DNA of 63,979 nucleotides, filler included, from Licmophora abbreviata (lineage: Eukaryota): NCBI GenBank assembly GCA_900291995.1. It is 20 parts of 20 records of this genome, joined end to end, with 100 filler letters (N's around TTAATTAATTAA, not from the genome) between each part and the next. Parts side by side here need not be neighbours in the genome. Positions count along the whole stretch, not along the records: positions 20,465 to 22,935 come from OLMU01000678.1; positions 23,036 to 24,828 come from OLMU01000679.1; positions 24,929 to 26,376 come from OLMU01000680.1; positions 26,477 to 27,529 come from OLMU01000681.1; positions 27,630 to 29,161 come from OLMU01000682.1; positions 29,262 to 30,390 come from OLMU01000683.1; positions 30,491 to 32,597 come from OLMU01000684.1; positions 32,698 to 34,557 come from OLMU01000685.1; 12 more parts are not named here. One strand, written 5' to 3'. The notes beneath the pieces were generated by a model that saw only the letters and a list, made by a program, of their open reading frames with translations, did not search any database and was not told the DNA's origin. Positions 22,607 through 33,881 of this stretch are shown here, one piece after another; the first letter of the stretch is position 1, and every line of letters begins with the position of its first letter. The position numbers and the translations under genes are program-made.

Positions 22607-23433
22607 GGCGGATGCACCTGTTCAAATGGCTTTGATCTCCCCAATGAGTGTGATCTGAAGCGATTCGGCGCGACTCTGTCGAGAATGAAATGAGACGTTC
22701 GGTAGAGGCTGCATCTAAGCGCGCGACACCAGAACGCGTTATTGTTTGGCGTATTTCCACAAAGCATGTTATTTTCGCGACGAGAGTTGGACATAATGAG
22801 ACGTGGTCCCGTTTTGTTATCTCCTCCACTGTATTCATTAAGCGACCCCAGTTGTAGAACAGGATGCTCGGGGGAGACATGTCGCGCCAGGCAGTTGTTG
22901 CATCGGTTTTTTCGCAATTTGCGTGATGAGAGATTNNNNNNNNNNNNNNNNNNNNNNNNNNNNNNNNNNNNNNNNNNNNTTAATTAATTAANNNNNNNNN
23001 NNNNNNNNNNNNNNNNNNNNNNNNNNNNNNNNNNNCGTTGGGCATGCCCAATGATGTCAATTCAATAAGTCATGATGACACTCCGACAGATGCTCGCTAC
23101 TTGAATTTAAAATTAATAACATTAAAGGCCTAATAGTCTATATTTCACAAAATACTTTTGGGAGAACTATATCATATGATAGTTCGGGACTGCACCTTCA
23201 TTCGCGTGTCGCAGACGCCTTGATCGATGCGCCGCGCGGCACGCAACGACGAGCATCCCAATTTAAATTCCAAATCCCCCAATCATCATATCTCATATCG
23301 ACGAAAACCCATCGTAGACGAGCATTTTGACTTGCTTTCGTCGCCCGGTTCCACAAAAAGCAAGTCTGTTTTGAACAAGCTACCACTACTGTGCATTCGA
23401 CAGAGAATCATTCAGTTGCTTCAACACTCTCGC

Positions 23434-24082
23434 TCAAGCACACGTTTTCAACTCGGCGGTGCGGATTATTCTCCCTGACGTAGGTTCTTCCGTGCAGCGC
23501 TTACCAGTTCGAGACAGTCCAATCTGCATCATCAAGTCCACCCCTATGAGTACTCCCACCGTAATCCACCTCGAGAAAGGCATACAAGTAGTGAGAGCAA
23601 AAACAAGACAAAGGCATTCATGGCGATTGCGGCGACGCCTGATCGCCTGATATCTGCACAAGGATACGCTGCGGCATCTGTTTGGCAAACGCCAGTCGAA
23701 CATTTCCTAGCGTCATGAATAGAACTGAAATGCAAAAGGCAAGTATCGTCAGCGGCACAAAAGGATGCATTCGCATCAGTGTGGCCAAGATGATTTGGGC
23801 TCCACCAAGAATATAAATTTCTGACTGGTGACCAGCTTCAGCAGTGCATCCTGCCAGTATGTGAAGGATGCCGGAGAAAAACACCGTGACAGTCAATATC
23901 ATTTGGGCAGTGAAAGTGGCCAGTAACGGGTACAAGAGGCAGAACCCTCCAACCAATGCATTGAGAATGCCGATCGTGAGAATCCTTTTCCGGTTCTCCG
24001 CAATCCGCTCTGAAGTGTCAACGACAATCCAGGTGGCCTCATCGATACCTGGCGTCAATGGGGTGTCTTCACTGGCGCCCAT
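23434..24082 (-). pseudogene. HdeD/DUF308-like multi-pass membrane protein, frameshifted
   Basis: ILTIGILNALVGGFCLLYPLLATF...GILHI pattern. The C-terminal hydrophobic segments (SGVAAIAMNAFVLFLL; MPFSRWITVGVLIGVDL) lie in other frames. An 8-bp tandem duplication CGCCTGAT is present at 23636-23651. Confidence 0.6.
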
Positions 24083-24378
24083 GGTCACTCGTACGGATGG
24101 CCTTGGCTTGGTGATGTCTGCGCTGCGCCGAGGGCTCTCATCTTCGCTGGCTCAAGTCAAGCCTCGAGCAAGGAAGGATCTAAGGAGAGATGGGTACGAT
24201 TTTTAAAGTGTGTACCGTGAGAATAGCGAGAGAACGTAAATCACGACTTTTCTTAGTAGAGAGCGTTTTAAGACCCTTGCACGAAAGACCGCGACATAAT
24301 AATAACTATATAAACGTGACCATCCTGAGATACAAATCATATGTCGTACATGTATGGTGCCTAACGGTAGAACGGATC

Positions 24379-27300
24379 CTACTCGTTCACACCACCCTGG
24401 CGAAGTCGCTTCTGGGATACGGATAGGTTTCTGGTATCCGGAGCATCCAAGCGCCTGATGCGCGTCTTACCCTGCTTGCCCAGCTTGCCCAGCTTACCCT
24501 GCTTACCGAGCTTGCCTTGCTTGCCCCCTTTGGTGCTGCCTCCTCCACCAGGAACGGACAAAGTGGCAGTATCACAAATCTTCTGGCCTCCTGGAGCTGT
24601 CACACACGCCGTGTTTGGAATGGCAATGGGAACTGGCCTATCACCGCAGTCCTTCTTGCCGGTAATACTCCAAGCGGCGATTTGCCAGTTCGGGTCGTCT
24701 TGTTGGTCTGGGCCATCCTTTTCGCCCCATCCTCCGGGGAACTCATCGGAGCAAGAAATGTGAAGCTTGAATGGTGGGTCCGCCCCAGGAGGATCCCAGA
24801 TCACTTCATTGTCCTTGACGACGGTAACNNNNNNNNNNNNNNNNNNNNNNNNNNNNNNNNNNNNNNNNNNNNTTAATTAATTAANNNNNNNNNNNNNNNN
24901 NNNNNNNNNNNNNNNNNNNNNNNNNNNNGACGACGGTAACAGAGTCGGGCTGGCCATTAAAGAATGCGTCTCCCGCATTGTTTCCTGTGAGCGTACCGCC
25001 ATTGACAAAGTCGAAACGGAAAGATCGATCACCACCACCGACTCCTGGGAATGTACCACCCAGGGTCTGGTCCAGGGTAAAGTCAGCAGTAATGAGAACT
25101 GACTCGAACCCTTCCACGTCGACTGTGCATTCGATAACGCCCCCAGAGATGGAGCAGTCACCAGCCGAGTTGGGGGACACACTGAGACTTGTCACCGTGA
25201 GTTCATCTGGCACCTCGTCTGTGACCAATACATCTTGTACGTCAAAGCTCTCGGTATTGATGACCTCAATTGTGAAAGTTCCTGAGCCTCCTAGTGCCAC
25301 AGTGGCCGGAGTGAACATCTTTTCTACGTCGAGCCTCGGGGGTCCGACAGGCGGAGGCGTCGGGTCAGGTCCGAAATCACACGATGGAGGTCCGCCACTG
25401 GTCGGAGGGATGGAAGGTGGATTGGTCGGAGGACTCGGTCGCGGAGTAGGCCGTGGCGCAGTTGGGATGGCAGTGGGGGGTGTAGGAAGAATACCGCCCT
25501 GTTTACCTAGCTTGCCCAGCTTACCCTGCTTGCCCAGCTTGCCCTGCTTGCCAGCCTTGGTGCCACCCTTGCCTTTTCCTTTGGTACTACCGCCAGGCGG
25601 GCCTCCAATGGTAAGCGTCGCGTCGTCACATACTCGAGTTCCACCACGAATCGCACAAGCCGTATTGGGGATGGTCAAGTCAATTGGCGCACCACCACAC
25701 TTGTCACCAATACTCCACGATGCAATCTGCCAATTCGGGTCATCTTGTTGGTTCGGTCCATCCTTTTCACCCCATCCACCTGGGAACTCATCAGAGCAAG
25801 ACAGGTGGACGGTAAATGGGCTGTCGCCGTTTGGAGGTGCCCAAACGATTTCGCTGCTCTTGGCGACTAGAAGAGATGCGGAGTCGTCGACTCCGTTGAG
25901 AAATGCTTGACCATCCGTATTTCCGATGAGAGTATTGCCGTTGACAAAGTTGAAGATAAAGACTTTATCACCCCCCAGCAATGGAAGCCCTGAAGACGAC
26001 TGACCCGCGATATAGTCAACAGTGATTACCAACGATTGAAATGGTGGAACATCGACAAGACAGATCACTTCTTGCCCGAAGCTAGGCGTGCAGTCGGCAT
26101 CTCCTGGTCCTGGAATCACACGAATATCCTCTATCGAAAGCAAATCGTTGACTGTATCGGTCACTTCTACGCCAGTTGCTGTCGTCGAACCCTCATTGAT
26201 AACCTCTATCGTGAACGATCCGGCTGATCCTGCTTGGACTATGGCTGGATTGAACGACTTCTCGATGTCGATCGTAGTTCCATCTGTCGGTTCGGCTGTT
26301 TCGGTAGGACTTGAACTGGGACACTCGTCTTCTATTGGTGGCTCCGTTGGTGGCTCCGTCGGTGGCTCCGTCGGTGNNNNNNNNNNNNNNNNNNNNNNNN
26401 NNNNNNNNNNNNNNNNNNNNTTAATTAATTAANNNNNNNNNNNNNNNNNNNNNNNNNNNNNNNNNNNNNNNNNNNNTTGGTGGCTCCGTTGGTGGCTCCG
26501 TTGGTGGCTCCGTTGGTGGCTCCGTTGGTGGCTCCGTTGGTGGCTCCGTTGGTGGATCTGTTGGTGTCTCTTCAGGAGGATCCGTCGGTGGTTCCGTCGG
26601 TGGTTCCGTCGGTGGCTCAGTGGGAGGTGGTGATGGTTCACAGTCTCCGGGGCAGAAGCAGATGAATGCAATGGCACCTGAACCGGACATGGTAATATCA
26701 GCCTTTGCTACACCTTCTGAATCACTGAAAGATTCCTCTTGGAACGCATTGTCGCCAAGTCCATCAACCAACCTCTCCTCGATATCGCCATTATCATCCG
26801 TAATCTCGAAAAGGGCTTCTTCTCCCATGTCAAGATCCAGTAGTCCGACTGACAAAAGCTTTTCAAGGGGACAGGTAAATTCAAAGGTAAATGTGCCTGG
26901 AAAGTCATTGATCTCGTCTGCTCCAGGCTCCTGGATAATGAGTATGTTTAAAAGGGGATCACAGTTTTCTCCGTCAGCTCCCTCTACACCCCCGTCTCCA
27001 ATCCCGGGCCCAGGAATGGGGCACTCGCTATTGGGGCTTCCAAGGTCGGGATCGAGTGTATCGTCCCGCGAAGAATCGAAAATTCGGGGTTGGCTGACAC
27101 TGGTGGAGATTATCATGTTGAACTGGTCGAACCAATCATCACTGACGAAGTCCTCATGCCCGAGTGGGCCGCCTTCCCCGTCAGTTTCGAATCTGATACA
27201 CACTGCCTCTGCAAAGCATCCAGAGGGTGGAGCCGAAGGAGGTGGGGTAGGTTCGGATGGCGGGGTGGGTTCGGACGGCGGGGTGGGTTCGGACGGCGGG

Positions 27301-28702
27301 GTAGGTTCAGACGGAGCGGTAGGTTCAGAAGGAGGGGTTGGCTCGGAAGGTGGTGTAGGTTCAGACGGTGGTTCCGTTGGCCCATCCGGAGGATCTGTGG
27401 GGGGCTTGGTAGGTGGGTTGGTCGGTGGCTTCGTCGGTGGGTCAGTCGGCGGCTTAGTGGGTGGGGCGGTCGCTGGTGGGTTGGTGGGTAGTGGGTCGGT
27501 GGGTGGTTTCGTAGGTGGGTCGGTCGGCGNNNNNNNNNNNNNNNNNNNNNNNNNNNNNNNNNNNNNNNNNNNNTTAATTAATTAANNNNNNNNNNNNNNN
27601 NNNNNNNNNNNNNNNNNNNNNNNNNNNNNTCGGGGGCTTAGTTGGCGGGTCGGTCGCTGGCGGGTCGGTCGGCGGCTTGGTCGGTGGGTCGGTCGCTGGC
27701 AGGTCGGTCGGCGGCTTAGTCGGTGGGTCGGTCGGTGGCTTCGTCGGTGGGACGGTCGGCGGCTTAGTCGGAGGATTCGTTGGTGGCTTGGTCGGAGGGT
27801 GTGTAGGCGTTGGTGGCGTACCCGCGTCGCAGAAACAGATGTAACGAACTCCACAAGAGGTGGGAACATAGACACTGGCACTGTTGATTCCCTTGTCAGA
27901 GAAAATTTCCTGATCTTGAACGGCGTTTTCTCCTAGACCGAAGAAAGGGACTGTCAATGGTGTGGCTGTCCCTACGCGGTAAAGGGTGAGCTCGGCCAAG
28001 ACTGTTTTCTCGACATCAATCAACCCAATGTTTAGTCCGCCTGTAATCGGCTTTTCGAAAGCGAACGTGAGGGTACCACCATAGGCAGTATCATCCGGTT
28101 CTTCTTTCTTTTCCTGTTGGATGATGAGTAAATTTCCTTGAGGCTCGCAGTTGGCGCCCGGTTCGCCCTTCATGCCACCCTCGCCTTCACCGGAACCGCC
28201 ACAACTTTCGTTCGGACTCTCCAGGTCAGGGTCCAAGGTGTTGCGTTTGGAAGTGTCAAAGATGCGAAGCTTGCCATCAGGGGTGTATCCCTCTTCCTTT
28301 GCTTCACCGGTAACCGTCAGGCCATACCGATCGAGCCAGTCGTACTTGACATAGTCTCCGTGCACGAGCTTTGTTTCGTTGCCAGCAACGGAGAAGTCGA
28401 TGCACACCTTGTTGCAGCTCGTCAGTTCTCGACCGTCGCTCCGGTCATCGAGATAGATCTGTTGGCGAGGTGCCCCGTCGACCTAGAAACATGATCGATT
28501 TCTGAAGCGTGAGAAGCCTGGTTTGATTTTGGAATTTCTCCATGTTCTAAGATTCGATTCTCACCTTTTTCCAAACGAGAGGTCCGTCAGGTTCATCATG
28601 ACTTTCTACTGAGGGATTGAGGAACTTCCTAAGCCAAGGCCCGCCATCAGCAGCAGAGGTAGACAGGGCAGCGAGAGCCGACCAAAGCAGAACTAGTCTC
28701 AT
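24379..28702 (-). CDS. Secreted modular protein, family member B (2 DPDL domains, PT/PE stalks, 2 DUF11-like domains with HxSCSD inserts, GKQGKL tails); exon 1 28702-28565, intron 28564-28483, spans three gaps
   Basis: Signal peptide MRLVLLWSALAALSTSA, 'RELTSCNKVCIDF' and a phase-0 intron. The 24829 gap is flanked by a 12-bp overlap (GACGACGGTAAC) that joins the pieces in frame. C-terminal RRL and RNL motifs. Confidence 0.78.
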
Positions 28703-30490
28703 CGTCGTAGTTCACAACAACAAGGTTCGCTTGAAGACTGTTGAATGTGACGAGATGTCGCTTGAGCTCCTGCATGCGAGCAGAAAATGCGACACCATCG
28801 CTTTTCTGCGTGAACCTGCTCAAAGTAAATAAGCCTTCGATGTCGGATCGGGTCTCCACTGACGTTTCCTCCTCATAACGAAAGCAGAATATGCGTTGAA
28901 TTTAGCTAAAGCGTATATCGTACAATACGACAAATACGTAGAGCGCTTTACCTTGTATCGTATTATATGTACGATACCTGCTGTAGTGTCATTCGGGTCC
29001 CGTTGCACGTCCATGCACTTGCGGGCTGGCTTGCAATATACCAGTGCCAACGCGTTTCTCGTATGTAGCACTTCACTGGGAATTTGAACGGACGCGAGCT
29101 ACGATGATTGCCCTTCTGGGAGAGCTCGACAGTCTCGTTCTGCTCGACGTGATCGACTTTCNNNNNNNNNNNNNNNNNNNNNNNNNNNNNNNNNNNNNNN
29201 NNNNNTTAATTAATTAANNNNNNNNNNNNNNNNNNNNNNNNNNNNNNNNNNNNNNNNNNNNGAAACGACAAGTTGAAAGTCGAAATTGCTCGCGAACGAC
29301 CATTATGGCTTCGATGCTTCGATATTTCGTGTTTGGATCACATCCATCACACCACAGCAGACCCGAGTTACTGACATTTCCTTTCTGGAAGAGCGCGAGA
29401 AGTGCTGGGCTCTTGGATGTCGTCATCTCCTGCCGTCGTCGTGCTATCTCGCTCGCGTGATCGTACCTTTTCGGAGCTACCGGTACCGGTATCGTTTCGA
29501 CTTTCTGAGCAAGAGCGTCGATGCGTTTGGGGGCTTCGTCAAAGGAACAAAATCACTCTCCACTAGCGGCAAGCTAAACCAAGATTTCTAGAGTCGCCGT
29601 ACGAAGATGGAGAAACTGGTCTACCGAAAGAATTCCTTGTCGACCCCTCGCTACTTTCCCTTGCACATGGTGATCCGCTGCAGGTCCCTGCTTATACCGG
29701 CACGCACCAGATGATGTGAGCTGCTGTTCAATATGAAGAGCAAGATGAGCACTTTGAATAGGACGTGATGACTGATGAAACCGACCATCGCTGCACAGTA
29801 CCTTAGAGAAGAAGTGCCGGGTATTTGTCCTGCCTCAGCTACATAGAATGTTTCGAAGTGAACATTCGTTCGCGAGAAGTGACGATCGGAATCGATGATG
29901 CTGAACACAGATGAGAGACGAAAGGAATCAGCCTTTGAAACAAAACTGCAGTACAACAACTGATGGCAGAGCCCGACATAGCGAAGAACAGTTCCCTTGA
30001 CCACGTTTTGACGTCGCGATCGCATCTTCAAACTCTTCATCGGTACCGAGTCCATCATCATCCGAACGCGTCCCAGCCACTGGCGCTACTCACTAGCAAG
30101 CACCTTCATCCTTCTGGTCTTATCTTCAAGGTATGTGGTTTCGCGGAGAGCCTGCACGCCTAACACGACATCGGTATGTTCGACGGACAACTACAAGTCT
30201 TCCAACGATGGGCTCGCCGCTTCCAGGCTTAGTAATAGAACGCAGCATGTACATGTATTGCTAAACTAATACAGCGACTTAAGGAAGCTGTCTTCTGGGC
30301 AAGGGTCGGCACGTCATAATAGGTGGAGTTCCGTAGATTGCTTGCTGAGATATCGGTTCGACCTCATGAAACGGTAGAGTGCAATTCTAGNNNNNNNNNN
30401 NNNNNNNNNNNNNNNNNNNNNNNNNNNNNNNNNNTTAATTAATTAANNNNNNNNNNNNNNNNNNNNNNNNNNNNNNNNNNNNNNNNNNNN

Positions 30491-31706
30491 TCGGAGGGTG
30501 GGTAGGAGGCTTGGTTGGTGGATCTGTCGGGGGCTTCGTGGGGGGCTTCGTCGGTGGCATCGTCGGAGGGTGTGTAGGAGGCTTGGCTGGTGGATCTGTC
30601 GGGGGCTTCGTCGGTGGTTTCGTTGGGGGGGTGGGTAGGAGGCTTGGTTGGTGGATCTGTCGGCGGCTTAGTGGGAGGGATTCGTGGGTGGTTTTGTGGG
30701 AGGGTGGGTGGGGGGCTTGGTTGGTGGATCTGTCGGCGGCTTTGTGGGGGGCGGTGTTGGCTTCTTCGGTGGCTTGGTGGGGGGATGGGTTGGAGGCTTG
30801 GTTGGGGGTTCGGTAGGGGGCTTGGTAGGAGTTATGTCATCGTGGCAGAAGCACAGGTATCGAACTCCGGCGGAAGTGGACACAAAGACGTCTAAGCTTG
30901 TGAATTCTTTGTCAGAAAAGACATCTTGTTCTTGAACCGCATTGTCTCCCAAGCCATGGAAAGGAATCTGCAGCGGCTTGCCGCCACCGTGAAAGGAGAG
31001 AGTTAGTTCTCCGAATGCATAGGTTTCGACATCGATCAAACCAACACTCAGGCCGCCCTTGACTGGCTTTTCGAAGGAAAAGGTGAAGGATCCTCCTGAA
31101 CCATTGTCATCAGGCTCCTTCTTCTTTGAGCTCTGAATGATGAGAACGTTTCCTTGAGGTTCGCAGTTTTCACCTGGTTCGCCAATCACGCCACCCGCGC
31201 CATGACCGGAACCGCCACAGCTCTCGTTCGGACTCTCCAGATCGGGATCCAACGTGTGACGTTGGGATGTGTCGAAGACGCGAAGCTTACCATGCGGTGT
31301 GTATCCACCGTCCAGTCCTTCACCAGTAACCGTCAGACCATAGCGATCGAGCCATTGGTACTTGACGTACTTTCCGTGCTTTAGAGGCCCGCCCTCACCA
31401 TCGACAGAGAAGTCGATACACACCTTGTTGCAACCGGTAAGTTCTCGACTGTCACTCTGACCGTCGAGAAAGAATTGTTGTTGAGGATTTCCTTCGATCT
31501 GGATGAGTTCAAGGATAGAAAATATTAGAAGACTTGGGTCGCGTGTTCTGAGTATTTCGGATTTCACTGACCTGTTGCCAGATGAGAGCTCCGTCGGTAA
31601 CGTCCCGACTTTCCGCATCGTGGCTCAAGAGCTGATAGGGCCATGTATCTGGGGCAACAGCGTGGGTCACAGCCACGAGCGTCAAGACGAACAGAGCAAA
31701 CCTCAT
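30491..31706 (-). CDS. Secreted modular protein, family member C (DPDL domain plus PPTK/PPTD stalk, 3' end lost in gap); exon 1 31706-31572, intron 31571-31499
   Basis: Signal peptide MRFALFVLTLVAVTHA and 'RELTGCNKVCIDF'. Frame slips in C/G runs near 30625-30680 are probably sequencing errors. Confidence 0.8.
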
Positions 31707-32344
31707 TGTCTGCTCATGAACAGTGAAGTGTAATGAAATCAAATAATCAAAAAAGAGACTCCGTCCGTTTTGCGTGATCTCATACGTTCTTAGTGAGCCA
31801 TACTTAAGTAAACTTTTCGCAAGAATACCCCAATAGTGTACAATGCGTGAATGAGCTTACGGTTTCCGGGACAAGGTGCTCTCGCAAAAATGAGCATCGA
31901 AAGGGTCCGTGCGCAGAAACACAAGAAAGCAACAAATTAATGGAACTTAGGAAGACACCGACAGCAAAGAGGAAGATAACCGCTGTCAACGCCATTGCAC
32001 CTTGGTGAGAACTACGATTCTCATGGGTCGGCTTTCAAGCCACATGGTCCAGCCTACCAGGTAGTTGCGCTTCACGCTCCAGAGCTCCGGAGGCATGGTC
32101 GACGCTCATTTTCGATCAGATGTTTCCAAGTTGCAGAAGTCTTGTTTATCATATCCATGCCACTTAACGCCTAGAGTCGAATCTACGCTACCTGATAAAC
32201 GCTGCTACAGAACGCTGCGCGTGGCTTCACATGAGCCAGGTATTATCATGCCGATACCCATAGATACGTCTATAAACTACATTTATGTGCTGAGAAGCTG
32301 ATTGCGGATCCGTCATTGAGAGCCATGTTCCAGGTAGAGCAGAC

Positions 32345-32769
32345 CTACGGGGACATGTCTCTCGCGCTCGACGTGCGCTTGTCCAGCTCCTTTCTGAACG
32401 GCAACCACGGGAAGAGGCCCCCTGACTTCTTTTTGTCGCCGTTCTTGCCAGGCTTCTTGCCAGGCTTCTTGTCCGGCTTCTTGGAAGAAGAGCCCTTCTT
32501 CCCCGATGAGCTGCTGCCACCCTTCTTGCTAGATGAGCCACTGCCACTCTCTTTGCCAGATGAGCTGCTGCCACTCTCAGAGCTACTCTTTTTTCCTNNN
32601 NNNNNNNNNNNNNNNNNNNNNNNNNNNNNNNNNNNNNNNNNTTAATTAATTAANNNNNNNNNNNNNNNNNNNNNNNNNNNNNNNNNNNNNNNNNNNNGTA
32701 TAACGCATCCGGAGCAACAGCGTTGGACACAGCCACTAACGTGGCGACGAACAAAGCAAACCTCATCAT
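32345..32769 (-). CDS. Secreted modular protein, family member D (only the signal peptide and Lys/Ser/Gly C-terminus assembled; middle lost in gap 32598-32697)
   Basis: Start MMRFALFVATLVAVSNAVAPD is paralogous to member C. End ...GKKGSSSKKPDKKPGKK...LFPWLPFRKELDKRTSSARDMSP* is paralogous to member E. Confidence 0.7.
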
Positions 32770-33881
32770 CAGAGTGCGAGTTGACAAAAATGATGAGAAA
32801 GCAAATCGATCAATCAATCAAGAATGAGACTCCATCCTTTTTTGCGTGACCTTGAACTTTCTACGTGAACCTGCATAAGTAAAGTTCTCGCAAAGCGACT
32901 ATTGTATTCCCATGCGTGAATGAACATAGGCACAAACTGTATGGTTGTATTCATACCTGGTACTGGTATAGGTAGATCTGAAAGTTGTGTGCTCGTTTCT
33001 CTTCTCAACGCCGCTCAGACCTCCAAAGGTTCTCTTGCAAAATCAAAGGCTCAGTCGAAGATGCGATGATTCGATTCGTGACACCGCTTTGTTGTTGTTG
33101 TTGTTGTTGTTTACGTCTCTGTCTCGTGGCCGAGACATGATGAACACCTACTTTTCCACCGCGTGCCAGAGCCCTCAGCAAGCCCGATCGACTATCCACG
33201 CAAGAGGACGAACCTTACCGCCATGGGCCATGGAAACCCTTCGCTCGTCCATACTTCTATGGATGCCAGATCTGGTCAATCGTCGAAGCATGTCTGTGCA
33301 GGAGTGTCAACCACAAGTCTTGCTTGTCGGCGTCAATGTCTTTCTATCTCAATGTCAATTTGTTGATTTGCTGTTTCTCCCGGCACGATTGAGCCTTCTC
33401 GTTTTCTCGTCTTCTCGCGAGCGGCTTCCAAGGATGAACTGGTTGACTCCGGAGCTTAGCGCCCTGTTAGCTAGGTTTTCATTTTAGATGTTCTCGATTC
33501 ATTGGGTTGTGAATCGAGTAGCGTTTCTCAATCAACCACGTTGTGCCTTGTGAGTGAATAAGAGGTTGCGTTGCGAACTGTGATTCTCGTGTGTCAACTT
33601 TCAAGCCTCGTGCCCCAGTGTTGCTGAAATGGAGTGCCATGCAATGTCGTCGCTCAATGGCGATCGCACGTTTCGAGCTTCAGAAGTCTTGGTCGGTTTG
33701 TCCTACCGTACTTTACGGTCGATCGACTCGTAAACACTACTATATTCTGAGTTTGCTGCACTAGCTACGCCTGTCCTCACATGTAGCGCTTTCTCTCTCT
33801 AGACACGTTATACACTACTTGGTGCGCAAAGAAACTGATTGTGGATCTGTCATTGAGTATCGAATCCCAAGTCGAGCAGAC

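Noticed and set aside
29262..30390. Isolated small contig with coding-like composition inside the array
   Set aside because: Only short ORFs with stops in all frames and no recognisable domain or terminal repeats. It may be a decayed gene, but I cannot support a call.
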